The notes under the pieces are model-generated. The model ran no database searches. It was not told where the DNA came from and was given only the letters and a program-made list of their open reading frames with translations. Shown here piece by piece: positions 48,561-58,388 of a stretch of 64,000 bases of DNA. This DNA comes from Escherichia coli. GTDB lineage: Bacteria; Pseudomonadota; Gammaproteobacteria; Enterobacterales; Enterobacteriaceae. The stretch's first letter is position 1; each line of letters opens with the position of its first letter. A program made the translations under genes and the position numbers. Location: assembly GCF_003334305.1 (NCBI RefSeq), contig NZ_QOWS01000018.1, one strand, 5' to 3'.

Positions 48561-49802
48561 ATGAACAAAACGCTAATCGCCACAACTGTGGCAGGGATAG
48601 TTTTACTCGCTTCAAATGCTCAGGCACAAACCGTACCGGAAGGCTATCAGCTACAGCAAGTGCTCATGATGAGCCGCCATAACTTACGTGCGCCGCTGGC
48701 GAACAATGGCAGTGTGCTGGAGCAGTCGACGCCGAATAAATGGCCCGAATGGGACGTCCCCGGTGGGCAACTCACCACCAAAGGTGGCGTGCTCGAAGTG
48801 TATATGGGTCATTACATGCGTGAATGGCTGGCAGAGCAGGGGATGGTGAAATCGGGGGAATGCCCGCCGCCAGACACCGTTTATGCCTATGCCAATAGTC
48901 TGCAACGTACCGTTGCGACCGCACAGTTCTTTATTACCGGCGCATTCCCGGGGTGTGATATTCCTGTGCATCACCAGGAAAAAATGGGCACTATGGACCC
49001 AACCTTTAACCCGGTGATCACCGATGATTCCGCCGCATTCAGTGAACAGGCGGTGGCGGCAATGGAGAAAGAGCTCAGCAAACTCCAGCTTACCGACAGC
49101 TACCAGCTACTGGAAAAAATCGTTAACTATAAAGATTCCCCTGCCTGTAAAGAGAAACAACAGTGTTCGCTGGTGGATGGCAAAAATACCTTTAGCGCCA
49201 AGTATCAACAAGAACCAGGTGTTTCCGGGCCGCTGAAAGTCGGCAACTCGCTGGTAGATGCGTTTACTTTGCAATATTACGAAGGTTTTCCGATGGATCA
49301 GGTGGCCTGGGGAGAAATCAAATCTGACCAGCAGTGGAAGGTGTTGTCGAAGCTTAAAAACGGCTACCAGGACAGCCTGTTTACCTCACCGGAAGTGGCG
49401 CGCAATGTTGCGAAACCGCTGGTCAGTTATATCGACAAAGCTCTGGTCACCGATCGCACCAGCGCACCGAAAATTACAGTGTTGGTTGGGCACGACTCCA
49501 ACATTGCCTCTCTGTTAACGGCGCTGGATTTCAAACCGTATCAGTTGCATGACCAGAACGAACGCACGCCGATTGGCGGCAAAATCGTTTTCCAGCGTTG
49601 GCATGACAGCAAAGCCAATCGCGATTTGATGAAAATTGAATATGTGTATCAGAGTGCGGAACAGTTACGTAATGCCGATGCGTTAACCCTGCAGGCACCT
49701 GCTCAGCGTGTGACGCTGGAATTAAGCGGTTGCCCGATAGATGCCAACGGTTTCTGCCCGATGGATAAATTTGATAGCGTGTTGAATGAAGCGGTGAAAT
49801 AA
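48561..49802 (+). CDS. agp: Periplasmic glucose-1-phosphatase Agp (413 aa)
   Basis: Track ORF 48561..49802; signal peptide; histidine acid phosphatase motif RHNLRAP. Confidence 0.95.
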   Translation: MNKTLIATTVAGIVLLASNAQAQTVPEGYQLQQVLMMSRHNLRAPLANNGSVLEQSTPNKWPEWDVPGGQLTTKGGVLEVYMGHYMREWLAEQGMVKSGECPPPDTVYAYANSLQRTVATAQFFITGAFPGCDIPVHHQEKMGTMDPTFNPVITDDSAAFSEQAVAAMEKELSKLQLTDSYQLLEKIVNYKDSPACKEKQQCSLVDGKNTFSAKYQQEPGVSGPLKVGNSLVDAFTLQYYEGFPMDQVAWGEIKSDQQWKVLSKLKNGYQDSLFTSPEVARNVAKPLVSYIDKALVTDRTSAPKITVLVGHDSNIASLLTALDFKPYQLHDQNERTPIGGKIVFQRWHDSKANRDLMKIEYVYQSAEQLRNADALTLQAPAQRVTLELSGCPIDANGFCPMDKFDSVLNEAVK

Positions 49803-49809
49803 CAGAAAA

Positions 49810-49832
49810 CTCCCCCGCGAGAAGCGGGGGAG
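49810..49832. terminator. Bidirectional terminator between agp and yccJ
   Basis: CTCCCCCGC-GAGA-GCGGGGGAG perfect hairpin. Confidence 0.8.
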
Positions 49833-49839
49833 TCGCTGG

Positions 49840-50067
49840 TTAAACGTTTTTACGTTCGATGGTCTGTTCGCCCCAAAAAAGCGAATCTTTATCGGTCTTA
49901 GCAAAGGCTTTGACTAACACTTCATCGCTACCTTCTTCCCAAATCTTTTCCGCCATTTTTTCGTCGTACCCGGCGACTTCGAAAATGGCCTCGGCTATTT
50001 CCGGCGACGTATTGCGCAGAGATGCCCATTCACCGACGTGATGAGCTTTCGCTTCTTGAGTTGGCAT
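49840..50067 (-). CDS. yccJ: YccJ (75 aa)
   Basis: Track ORF 49840..50067; downstream of wrbA as in K-12. Confidence 0.92.
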
Positions 50068-50087
50068 GCGTATCCTCCTGTTGAAGA

Positions 50088-50693
50088 TTAGCCGTTAAGT
50101 TTAACTGCCAGACCTGCGACATATTCCCCTTGATAACGAGCAATAGACAGTTCTTCCTGGCTTGGCTGGCGTGAGCCGTCACCGCCTGCGATGGTTGTTG
50201 CGCCGTACGGCGTACCGCCGCGAACCTGTGAAACGTCAAATAATTCCTGCGCTGCGTAGCCAATGGGGACAATTACCATGCCGTGATGCGCAAGGGTCGT
50301 CCAGGTTGAAGTAATAGTTTGTTCCTGACCGCCGCCAGTACCGGTGGAACTAAAGACGCTCGCCAGTTTTCCGTATAGTGCGCCGGAAGCCCACAGGCCG
50401 CCCGTCTGGTCGAGGAAGGTACGCATTTGACCGGACATGTTGCCAAAGCGGGTAGGTGTACCAAAAATAATGGCGTCGTAATCGGCCAGTTCTTGCGGGG
50501 TTGCAACCGGTGCAGTTTGCGTTTTACCGCCTGCTTTTTCAAATAATTGCGGCGGCATGGTTTCCGGTACACGCTTAACGACAACTTCTGCGCCATCCAC
50601 TTTGCTTGCACCCTCAGCGACTGCGCGTGCCATCGTTTCAATATGTCCGTACATGGAATAATAAAGCACTAGTATTCTTGCCTTAACACTCAT
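50088..50693 (-). CDS. wrbA: NAD(P)H:quinone oxidoreductase WrbA with element-derived N-terminus (201 aa; MSVKARI replaces K-12 MAKV)
   Basis: Track ORF 50088..50693; identical to remembered WrbA from [21 protein letters not shown] onward; first 7 codons, RBS and promoter lie in inserted DNA. Confidence 0.9.
50663..50669. other. Left junction (attL) overlap sequence AAAGCAC
   Basis: Point where wrbA sequence changes from K-12-like to foreign; same heptamer at right junction. Confidence 0.6.
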
Positions 50694-50744
50694 ATCATTG
50701 TTCTCCTGTTCAATGAACCACTTAGATAAGCATAGTCCGAAGAT

Positions 50745-52388
50745 ATGAAGCTGCTAGTGACATACATCAGGTGGAGTACTAAAGAGCAAGACTCAGGAGA
50801 CTCCTTAAGACGACAAACAAACCTCATTGATGCTTTCTACTCTAAGCACAAAAACGATTATTACCTTCTTCCTGCTCACAGATACGTTGATAAGGGTAAA
50901 TCTGGTTTTCACCAGCAACATAAGAATCAAGGTTCTGACTTCAGACGTATGTTTGAAAATGTTATGTCTGGGGCTATTCCAGAAGGTTCCCTGATTGTTG
51001 TAGAGAACTTTGACCGCTTCAGTAGGGCTGATATCGACACAGCTATAGATGATGTCAGGCAGATACTGAGGAAGGGAGTCTCTATACTGACTCTGGGAGA
51101 TGGTGAACTCTACGACAAGTCAGCATTAACAGACCCTGTGAAGCTGATTAAGCACATCATCATAGCTGAGCGAGCACATCAGGAATCTCTTGTTAAACAA
51201 AAGCGTATAGCTCAGGTCTGGAACCATAAAACACAGCTTGCAAGAGAACTTAAGAAGCCTATGGGTAAGCAAGCCCCCGGATGGTTAGAGCTATCAGAAG
51301 ACGGTTCACACTACATCGTTGATGAAGATAAAGCGTCACTGGTGAATATCATCTATGACAAGCGTCTTTCTGGTATGTCGATGTTTGCTATCTGCAAATG
51401 GCTAAACGAACAAGGTTACCCGACCATTAATCAGCGTAAGGTCAGAATATCCAAGACTAAGAAACCGGATGGTAACTGGTCAGCTTTAAGCGTTAAACAC
51501 ATCCTGACTTCACGAAGTGTATTAGGTTACCTTCCCGCTAAGATTTCTACAGAAGACCGTAAAACAGTGTTACGTGAAGAAATTGAAGGGTTCTATCCTC
51601 AGATTGTCACAGATTCTAAGTTTTACGCTGTACAGCAACTGTTAGAGGAAACAGGGAAGGGGAAAACATCCAGCGGTGACCACTGGTTATACGTGAACAT
51701 ACTGAAGGGGCTTATCCGTTGTAAGTGTGGGCTTGTAATGACTCCTACAGGGATACGTAAACCCGTTTATCAAGGTACTTACCGTTGCAATGGTAATAAG
51801 GAGTCCCGTTGTAGCTACGGTACAGTGTCCAGAAAGTTACTTGATACACAGCTTTGTAGTCGTCTGTTTAGCAAACTGTCACAGCTACACGATGAAGCTA
51901 CCGATACAGCTAAATTAGATGAACTACAAAGAAGATTAAACACCGTTGATGGTGAACTGGAAAAACTCACTGAGACGCTGATACAGCTTCCTAACATCAC
52001 TCAGATTCAAGAAGCACTACGGGTTAAACAGGAAGAAAAAGATGAACTGATAGTTCAGTTATCACGAGAAAAGGCGAGGGTAAAATCTGTATCAAGCTTG
52101 GATTTAAGCGGTCTTGATATGGAGTCTGTAGAGGGGAGAACTGAAGCCCAGATTATCATTAAGCGTCTGGTGAAAGAGATTGTTGTTTCTGGTAATGAAA
52201 AGCTGGTGGATATATATCTTCACAATGGAAATATGATTCGTGGTTTCCCTCTTGATGGTAAAGATGACCACACCTTAACGCTTGAAGAAGCAACCGATGA
52301 GATGCAGTCACTAGATGATATGCTTATTTTTGGTGAACCAGTAACAAGGATTTATCCTGCTGGTGATATGGAAGAGGTGGACGCTTAG
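50745..52388 (+). CDS. Large serine recombinase (integrase), 547 aa
   Basis: N-terminal resolvase catalytic motif YIRWSTKEQ, central recombinase region, Cys-rich zinc-ribbon (CKCGLV...CNGNKESRC) and coiled coil; lies next to the junction. Confidence 0.85.
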   Translation: MKLLVTYIRWSTKEQDSGDSLRRQTNLIDAFYSKHKNDYYLLPAHRYVDKGKSGFHQQHKNQGSDFRRMFENVMSGAIPEGSLIVVENFDRFSRADIDTAIDDVRQILRKGVSILTLGDGELYDKSALTDPVKLIKHIIIAERAHQESLVKQKRIAQVWNHKTQLARELKKPMGKQAPGWLELSEDGSHYIVDEDKASLVNIIYDKRLSGMSMFAICKWLNEQGYPTINQRKVRISKTKKPDGNWSALSVKHILTSRSVLGYLPAKISTEDRKTVLREEIEGFYPQIVTDSKFYAVQQLLEETGKGKTSSGDHWLYVNILKGLIRCKCGLVMTPTGIRKPVYQGTYRCNGNKESRCSYGTVSRKLLDTQLCSRLFSKLSQLHDEATDTAKLDELQRRLNTVDGELEKLTETLIQLPNITQIQEALRVKQEEKDELIVQLSREKARVKSVSSLDLSGLDMESVEGRTEAQIIIKRLVKEIVVSGNEKLVDIYLHNGNMIRGFPLDGKDDHTLTLEEATDEMQSLDDMLIFGEPVTRIYPAGDMEEVDA

Positions 52389-53173
52389 TATTTTTTATTA
52401 GGGTTCACTGAGTACTTTTTAAGCTTTGAAGCTACTCGACCAGCGTTACTATTAGCATTGGTGACGTTGGTTTTTTCAGCTTCTGTTAAGTCTGAATAGT
52501 CCAGCTTCCAAGCCTTATTACACTTAATCTGAGCATCGAGAATATCATTTCTGATAGCTGGAGCGTAACCGGATACATCGCTAATACTCATTAGCTCTTT
52601 GCACGATAGCATAGGCGCGTTATTGCGTTCAGTGGTCACGTTACCTGCATTCTTCTTACTGGTCACACCACCATCATTCGTAGTCGCGGCTTTTCCAGTT
52701 GCAGCCGAGATATCAGTCTGCCCCACAACAGCTTTGAAGTTAATTTCCTGAAAAGTTAGTTGGATTCTTAATCCGTTTGAAATTCCAACATCTTTAGAGG
52801 CTTTAAAACTTGTGATAATGGAATCATCAATTTTAATTCCGTCTTTACAGATGACAGAAATAATCTGCTTCTGGTCACGCCAGTTTTCCAGAGTGTCAAT
52901 GAAGTTCTCTACTAATTGACCCTGACGAGTTAATAGTAAGCTTCCTTCATAACCAACTACAACGACACCACTGATAGTGATTGTTCTGGGTGCTCTTTGA
53001 ACATTATCTGTGACGGTTTGCCCTGATTGCATGTTCTGTGTAGTCACCTGCATAGGGCTATCAAATTCCATATTTTCAGTTGCTGATAAGGTTAAGAAGG
53101 CATCTACATTATCTCTTAAGTGGAAGTAAACGCCATCTTTGCCACTGTAGCGGATTTGATTGCTAAAAATCAT
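52385..53173 (-). CDS. Hypothetical protein (262 aa), downstream of the tape-measure-like gene; own copy of a shared promoter cassette
   Basis: Track ORF 52385..53194 (TTG); I prefer ATG at 53173 preceded by AAAGGAG; no recognizable motif; position would suit a distal tail protein but unproven. Confidence 0.6.
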   Translation of the reverse strand: MIFSNQIRYSGKDGVYFHLRDNVDAFLTLSATENMEFDSPMQVTTQNMQSGQTVTDNVQRAPRTITISGVVVVGYEGSLLLTRQGQLVENFIDTLENWRDQKQIISVICKDGIKIDDSIITSFKASKDVGISNGLRIQLTFQEINFKAVVGQTDISAATGKAATTNDGGVTSKKNAGNVTTERNNAPMLSCKELMSISDVSGYAPAIRNDILDAQIKCNKAWKLDYSDLTEAEKTNVTNANSNAGRVASKLKKYSVNPNKKY

Positions 53174-53253
53174 TAAATTCTCCTTTGATTTCAAAGGCTT
53201 AGTGTATTTTAATCATTTTTAACCAAGCCTTTGATATATAAGTATTTTCTCTG

Positions 53254-53322
53254 TTAAGCGTGAGCTACGTAAATTCTATTTTTCAGTGCGGGTATTAACT
53301 TTGCTTTATTCACGTAGAACAC
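53254..53322 (-). promoter_or_regulatory. Promoter/5'-UTR cassette copy 1 (about 70 bp, repeated at 55517-55585)
   Basis: 34-bp identical core TAAGCGTGAGCTACGTAAATTCTATTTTTCAGTG plus flanks; contains inverted CTACGTAAA/TTCACGTAG. Confidence 0.55.
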
Positions 53323-53329
53323 CGTTAAA

Positions 53330-55498
53330 TCAATCATCTTCTGGGAATGATGAACTTAATAACGTAGCTTCTGCATATTGGTCGTAGATATTACTGCTAA
53401 AGGTCATAAAGCTGGTTTCATCTGGTTTAATGGCAACTTCACCACCAAGTGAAACTTTCACAGGCTCCTGAATACGCTTACTTAAAGCAGAGATTTCATC
53501 CCTCAGACCCTGAATATCTGCACTCGTTAATGCTGAATCTTGCTTAATGTTGTTTAATTCTGGATGATTGAATCTTGCAATATTCATTGTGGCATTGTTA
53601 AACAATTCACCCATTGAACTAAAAATTCTACTCCATCCTTCGTTAATCACATTCGGTTTATTAGGGTCACCAGAATACACAGGATTAAAGTCACTACCCA
53701 CACCTACCCCAGATGGATGCATATTAGCGTTTTTGACTACTTCCTGATTCATAAAATCCAGTGCTTTCTTCAATGCATATAAACCAAGAGTGACACCTCT
53801 GATTTGTGGAATCATTGAAGCTAATGCTAACGCTGTTTCATAACCGTCATCAGCATAACCAATTGCAAGAGCACTACCTACACCACCAGCTACACCTTTC
53901 AGTTTTCCACCACCTTTACCAGTAGCTACCTGACCAGCCACCTGATTAGCTCTTGTACCTAACGTTGTGATTGCTCTTGTCAGGTTCATAACCCCTGTAG
54001 TAGCACTGAATAGTGTCTTTGCAGATAACGCTATAGCAAGACCTTTGACGAAGTTGATAAATCCATCACCGACTTCATCAAGTAGCTTTCGCTTAGTGTC
54101 ATCAAGGCTGTAATAGGTCTTCTTAATCTGTAGAATCCAGCCTTCAAGGTGATTGTTAAAGATACGGATGTCATCTACACCAGCTTTAAGCATGTCGATA
54201 AGTCCACCGATAGCATCACCAGCGATAGAAGAACTCATACCCATTTCACTAAGCAGGTTACTCAGGCTGGATAAGAAGCCATTTAGCTCATCCTGTGAAC
54301 CTGAGAAGATTTTCACCATCGTATCATCCCAGTTGTTAGCCAGTTTCCCTAAAGCTGTCTGAGTGCTCTTAGCGACTTCAGCCCAGCCACCCGCTTTATC
54401 AATCATCAAGCCCATCTGTTTAGCGACTTTAGGGAGAGTATCACTACTTAAAATCTTCCCGTCTTTCATCGCTTTATCAAGCTCTGTAGCAGTCATACCC
54501 AGTGCTTCAGCGAATAGCTTAAATGCACCAGCCATACGGTCACCTAACTGACCACGAAGCTCTTCAGCCTGAATCTTGCCCTTGCTCGCCATCTGCTCAA
54601 ATGCTTTCAAAATGCCGTTTAGCTCATCGTTAGAAAGCCCCATTAAGCGACTCATAGCCGTTGCATTACCAAATAGCTCCTGTGTCTGTTCCTGTGACAT
54701 AGAACCCTGAGCACCTGCTGCAAACTTAGCGTAGCTTGATAGCCCTTCAGAGATATTAAGACCTGTCTTGTCTGCTAAATTTCGAATAAATACCTCAGCT
54801 TCAGATGCTTTATCACCAAGTACAAACTTAGCGGCTCTCTGTGCGGAATCTCGTTTAAGACCTGCATTCATGATGGCCTTGTAAGCGTTAAGAGCACCCA
54901 TCACAGAGTAAAATGCACCAGATAACTTGATTGCATTGCTTGCAAGATTATTAAATGCGTCGCTTGTATTGTTAATGCTGGTGGATGTATGACCTTTAGC
55001 TTTAGCAATTGCTTCTCTGACTGAAGCATTTAACTGAGTCAGCTTCTCATTGAATTTTGAAGAATCCATTGACCCAGCTTTAGCAGATAGCCCGTAAAAC
55101 TGAGATTTGATGTATTTCTGCAAAATAGGGTCAAAGCCTTTTAGCTTAGACATATTAGCTGAGTAAGCCGCTGTGATTGCTCTGTTGCCGCTAATTCGTG
55201 GCTGTCTTGGTTGTCTAAGTGGCTTTAAAGTGTCATCAATTTCCGTTTTAATCTTAAACGCTCTAGTGTTTTTAAGACGCTGCTCAATCTTGGAAACAGT
55301 TTTATCGACATTCTTTTCCATTAGTTTGAGAGAATCATTTAAAGGCGTAGGGTTAACTCTGAATGCCTTATTTAGTCGTTTCTCAATTCTTGATGCGATT
55401 TGCATCGTTTGTTTCTCGGCTTTTTCCAAGCCTTTTAAAACTTTCTGAGAGCTAAAACTTAGCTCAATCAAAAAATCATCAACTTTAAATTGTGCCAT
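53330..55498 (-). CDS. Tape-measure-like protein (722 aa), alpha-helical Ala/Gly/Ser/Leu-rich
   Basis: Track ORF; region GLSNDELNGILKAFEQMASKGKIQAEELRGQLGDRMAGAFKLFAEALGMTATELDKAMKDGKILSSD resembles phage tail tape-measure core; RBS AAGAGGTGA before ATG. Confidence 0.6.
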   Translation of the reverse strand: MAQFKVDDFLIELSFSSQKVLKGLEKAEKQTMQIASRIEKRLNKAFRVNPTPLNDSLKLMEKNVDKTVSKIEQRLKNTRAFKIKTEIDDTLKPLRQPRQPRISGNRAITAAYSANMSKLKGFDPILQKYIKSQFYGLSAKAGSMDSSKFNEKLTQLNASVREAIAKAKGHTSTSINNTSDAFNNLASNAIKLSGAFYSVMGALNAYKAIMNAGLKRDSAQRAAKFVLGDKASEAEVFIRNLADKTGLNISEGLSSYAKFAAGAQGSMSQEQTQELFGNATAMSRLMGLSNDELNGILKAFEQMASKGKIQAEELRGQLGDRMAGAFKLFAEALGMTATELDKAMKDGKILSSDTLPKVAKQMGLMIDKAGGWAEVAKSTQTALGKLANNWDDTMVKIFSGSQDELNGFLSSLSNLLSEMGMSSSIAGDAIGGLIDMLKAGVDDIRIFNNHLEGWILQIKKTYYSLDDTKRKLLDEVGDGFINFVKGLAIALSAKTLFSATTGVMNLTRAITTLGTRANQVAGQVATGKGGGKLKGVAGGVGSALAIGYADDGYETALALASMIPQIRGVTLGLYALKKALDFMNQEVVKNANMHPSGVGVGSDFNPVYSGDPNKPNVINEGWSRIFSSMGELFNNATMNIARFNHPELNNIKQDSALTSADIQGLRDEISALSKRIQEPVKVSLGGEVAIKPDETSFMTFSSNIYDQYAEATLLSSSFPEDD

Positions 55499-55516
55499 TG
55501 TTCATATTTCACCTCT

Positions 55517-55585
55517 TTAAGCGTGAGCTACGTAAATTCTATTTTTCAGTGTGGGTATTAGCTTTACAGATTTCACGTAGCACAC
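55517..55585 (-). promoter_or_regulatory. Promoter/5'-UTR cassette copy 2
   Basis: Same repeat as 53254-53322, immediately upstream of the 722-aa gene. Confidence 0.55.
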
Positions 55586-55699
55586 ATAGGATTCGATAGA
55601 AGACTATCTCATATACAAAAAAGGAGAGTTACCGATGTCACTCGATAATCTCTCCCGTAGATTTTTACCCAACCAATTCTATTAGAAGCTAATCTCAAA

Positions 55700-55915
55700 T
55701 TAATGGTAAACGTAAGAATACATCCCATCATCACCTAAAATCTGTGCGTCACATGGTAATTTATCTAAGCACCATGAAGGAATCTTACGTACCTTTGGTT
55801 TATGTGAGGTGATAACTTGATGCTGATTTTTAATTCGTAGCTTTGGTTTAGTCTGAAGCTTTAAGTTCTCACAAACAGACTTAATAAGTTCATAGCGTTC
55901 TGTTAAATCAATCAT
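55700..55915 (-). CDS. Hypothetical protein (71 aa)
   Basis: Track ORF; 23 nt downstream of the 236-aa gene. Confidence 0.45.
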   Translation of the reverse strand: MIDLTERYELIKSVCENLKLQTKPKLRIKNQHQVITSHKPKVRKIPSWCLDKLPCDAQILGDDGMYSYVYH

Positions 55916-55938
55916 TCACCACCTCTTTTAATTCATAG

Positions 55939-56649
55939 TTAAAGTGCCTTGCTATATTTCTGAGAAATCTTCACTAACTGCTCAATATCAGCCTGCATAG
56001 CAATCTTCTTCTGCGTTTCATATGCAGAAATAAGCTCTTTCATAGCCTGAAGCTCTCTTGAGAGATACAACTTAACATTTTCAAGTTGCTTGTTACGTGA
56101 TGCCAAGATGTTCTGTCTGGCAAGTTCAGCGAGTTCTTCATCGCTCTTATTAGTCGTGTAAATAAACTGACCAGCACCCCTTGAAGCTTTAACCATCTTC
56201 ACAATTCGATATCCAGCAGGAAGACTACTAATCACGGCTGCGACGTTTTCTTGAAAAGTACCAAAACCATCATTGTCTTCGTATGTGAAGTAAACATACG
56301 GCTTCTGTGACAATTCATCCTGAATCTCAAATTCTGACGGCTCAATAGCTGATTGCATCAGGGTAACTTTACTGTAAGCATCATCTAGTTTAATACGCTG
56401 TGCTTTTAGCAGTGGGTAATATTCACGCTCAAGCTCAAGTAATGCTTCAGTTTTGCATACATCAGGCATCTCTTGAGGCTCAGGAGACACAAAGATGATT
56501 TCCTTTGGTGACATTCGGATTTCTTGCTCAAGCTTAATTCTTTCATCGTGTTCTTTACGCTGAATAGCGATAGCTGGATGTTCAGTCTGTGGCGACCAGT
56601 CACCGAAGCTATCAATCACTTTGCCATTAATGTAAATATCATTTGTCAT
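55939..56649 (-). CDS. Hypothetical protein (236 aa)
   Basis: Track ORF; no recognizable motif; downstream of a consensus promoter with about 350-nt leader. Confidence 0.6.
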   Translation of the reverse strand: MTNDIYINGKVIDSFGDWSPQTEHPAIAIQRKEHDERIKLEQEIRMSPKEIIFVSPEPQEMPDVCKTEALLELEREYYPLLKAQRIKLDDAYSKVTLMQSAIEPSEFEIQDELSQKPYVYFTYEDNDGFGTFQENVAAVISSLPAGYRIVKMVKASRGAGQFIYTTNKSDEELAELARQNILASRNKQLENVKLYLSRELQAMKELISAYETQKKIAMQADIEQLVKISQKYSKAL

Positions 56650-57008
56650 TGTTTTTTCCTCTTCTAAGCTAAAGTATTTCAGTTTTTAAAAAGCACACCT
56701 GACAGCCTATCTAAACTTAGAAGAGACTTAAAAGGCGGTTTGCCAAGTATGCTTTTTAAAAGCTGAAAAAGCCCTAGATAACTAAAACGCTATAAAGGGC
56801 TAAGGTGAAGAAATTAAAACATCTAAAGGATTCAATAACGAATGAACAAAGACTTTTCGAGATAGCCTCTCAGGTTGTATAAGAGGCCATGTAGCGAAAA
56901 GCATTGCACCTTTCAGAATGTTCGGTATAGAACATACCTCACCAACTCAGAATATCCATCCATCGGATTATTGAAATAAATAAGAGAGAAATTCTCTCTA
57001 TAATTAAA

Positions 57009-57037
57009 ATTATGTCATGCTTAAGGTTATTTGTCAA
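57009..57037 (-). promoter_or_regulatory. Near-consensus sigma70 promoter (TTGACA-17-CATAAT) reading toward the 236-aa gene
   Basis: Minus strand: TTGACA at 57032-57037, CATAAT at 57009-57014; palindrome AGAGAG-N5-CTCTCT at 56983-56999 near +1. Confidence 0.6.
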
Positions 57038-57062
57038 CAGCTTTTTAACAGATTGGTAACAT

Positions 57063-57128
57063 TTATACTTTAATAGATGCACCTGCAATCATACCAATCA
57101 ACACAAAACAGAGAATCACCAATTCCAT
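57063..57128 (-). CDS. Candidate 21-aa hydrophobic peptide, translationally coupled (TAATG) to the upstream 107-aa gene
   Basis: MELVILCFVLIGMIAGASIKV; ATG overlaps the preceding stop; not in track (too short). Confidence 0.25.
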   Translation of the reverse strand: MELVILCFVLIGMIAGASIKV

Positions 57129-57451
57129 TAATGCACCACCTTCGAATCCGTAACCAGAATATTATCGCTGTACAAAATTGCTATAGCCGCCTTGAGATAT
57201 TTTTCAGGGCTAACGCTGTATTTGTTCGTTTGCTCGACAACCAATCTTTTCATGTTGCTGTCTTTAATTGGTAGCATCATTCGAGGCTCGTTAAACTCCA
57301 CCGACTGAATAAAGTCAGAGATGCTTTCCGCATTATCAGTCATTAACTCTAACAACTTATCAAAGTCAATGCTAACACCTACATCAGTGAAAGCCTGAAT
57401 CATCATGGCGGTGTCGGTATCAATAAAAATCTGTAATTCGTAATTGTTCAT
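57128..57451 (-). CDS. Hypothetical protein (107 aa)
   Basis: Track ORF 57128..57484; I prefer ATG at 57451 preceded by AAGGAG-9nt. Confidence 0.55.
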   Translation of the reverse strand: MNNYELQIFIDTDTAMMIQAFTDVGVSIDFDKLLELMTDNAESISDFIQSVEFNEPRMMLPIKDSNMKRLVVEQTNKYSVSPEKYLKAAIAILYSDNILVTDSKVVH

Positions 57452-57606
57452 TTTTAAAATCTCCTTTTTACCAGACCTCCTCAATCGCTCTGTAACGAGC
57501 TAAACAGTCTTTTTCAGGGGTAGCCTGTACAGTGGTATTACCCACCCTAAAATAAGATAGTTTTTTGCGTCAGAATGCGATTGAGAGCGTCTGAGAAGCT
57601 GTTTTT

Positions 57607-57894
57607 CTAATTTCTCTTAAAGTCTCGGACTTGCATAAGATTTTTTGGTCTGGTATCGGCTCTGTTACCATTTCGATGGATAATTTGCTTGTTGGATTGA
57701 TAGCCATGATAAAGAAACCAGACAACATATTTCACGTAGAAAGTATATCGGCCTATATTAAATGTTTTGTTGCCGTAGTCGTCGGTGTTTATCGTGACTG
57801 ACTCTCCATCAGACCAGCACAGGGAATCACTGGATTCATCATAGATAAGGTGTTCTGCAAAATATCTTCTAACATCTTCATTCCAAGGTTTCAT
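57607..57894 (-). CDS. HNH endonuclease-like protein (95 aa)
   Basis: KYVVWFLYHGYQSNKQIIHRNGNRADTRPKNL matches the HNH_3-type pattern; ATGA overlap with upstream ORF. Confidence 0.65.
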   Translation of the reverse strand: MKPWNEDVRRYFAEHLIYDESSDSLCWSDGESVTINTDDYGNKTFNIGRYTFYVKYVVWFLYHGYQSNKQIIHRNGNRADTRPKNLMQVRDFKRN

Positions 57895-58106
57895 AAAACC
57901 TCCTCACCCCAATAACCTAATTCAATCTTGTGACGCTCAAACCATTCCGGTTTAACTGCTGTTTTCAGTACTTCATTTGGGCCAATGGCTTTAATGAAAA
58001 TATCTTTTGAGTTATGGATGTCACCGAATCCGTTTCCTTCAATCAGGAGGTCGGAGATGTAGCGAATCATTTTATCCGTGTGGTATTCAAAGGTAACGCA
58101 TAGCAT
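57891..58106 (-). CDS. Hypothetical protein (71 aa)
   Basis: Track ORF; coupled between the RHH-like and HNH genes. Confidence 0.5.
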   Translation of the reverse strand: MLCVTFEYHTDKMIRYISDLLIEGNGFGDIHNSKDIFIKAIGPNEVLKTAVKPEWFERHKIELGYWGEEVL

Positions 58107-58387
58107 TAAACCTCCAGAGACAGCTTGTGAATCTTAAGACTCAATAGACGGGCAATATCAATTTTAAAGCCGTTAAGTCCCTTCAAAGTATCTAAAGCGT
58201 CCTGAGTAATTCGGATGTGTTTACGACCTTTAGAGACTGGATATTTAAGTAAATCCGACTCAGTAACCTCTTTAGCAATTGCAAGCTGCATAACAGTCTG
58301 ATGAGGTAAGTTAGTAGCTCGTTTAATTCTGGCAAGCTCGTTAAAAGCTTCCTCTGAAATGCGGGTTAAAGTGTGTTTGTTTTTCAT
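58106..58387 (-). CDS. Ribbon-helix-helix-like small DNA-binding protein (93 aa)
   Basis: N-terminal TLTRISEEAFNELARIKRATNLPHQTVMQLAI resembles RHH (CopG/Arc) fold pattern. Confidence 0.5.
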   Translation of the reverse strand: MKNKHTLTRISEEAFNELARIKRATNLPHQTVMQLAIAKEVTESDLLKYPVSKGRKHIRITQDALDTLKGLNGFKIDIARLLSLKIHKLSLEV

Positions 58388-58388
58388 T

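Noticed and set aside
57077-57274. 65-aa plus-strand ORF
   Set aside because: Antisense to the 107-aa gene and small peptide, spans a promoter region, no RBS.
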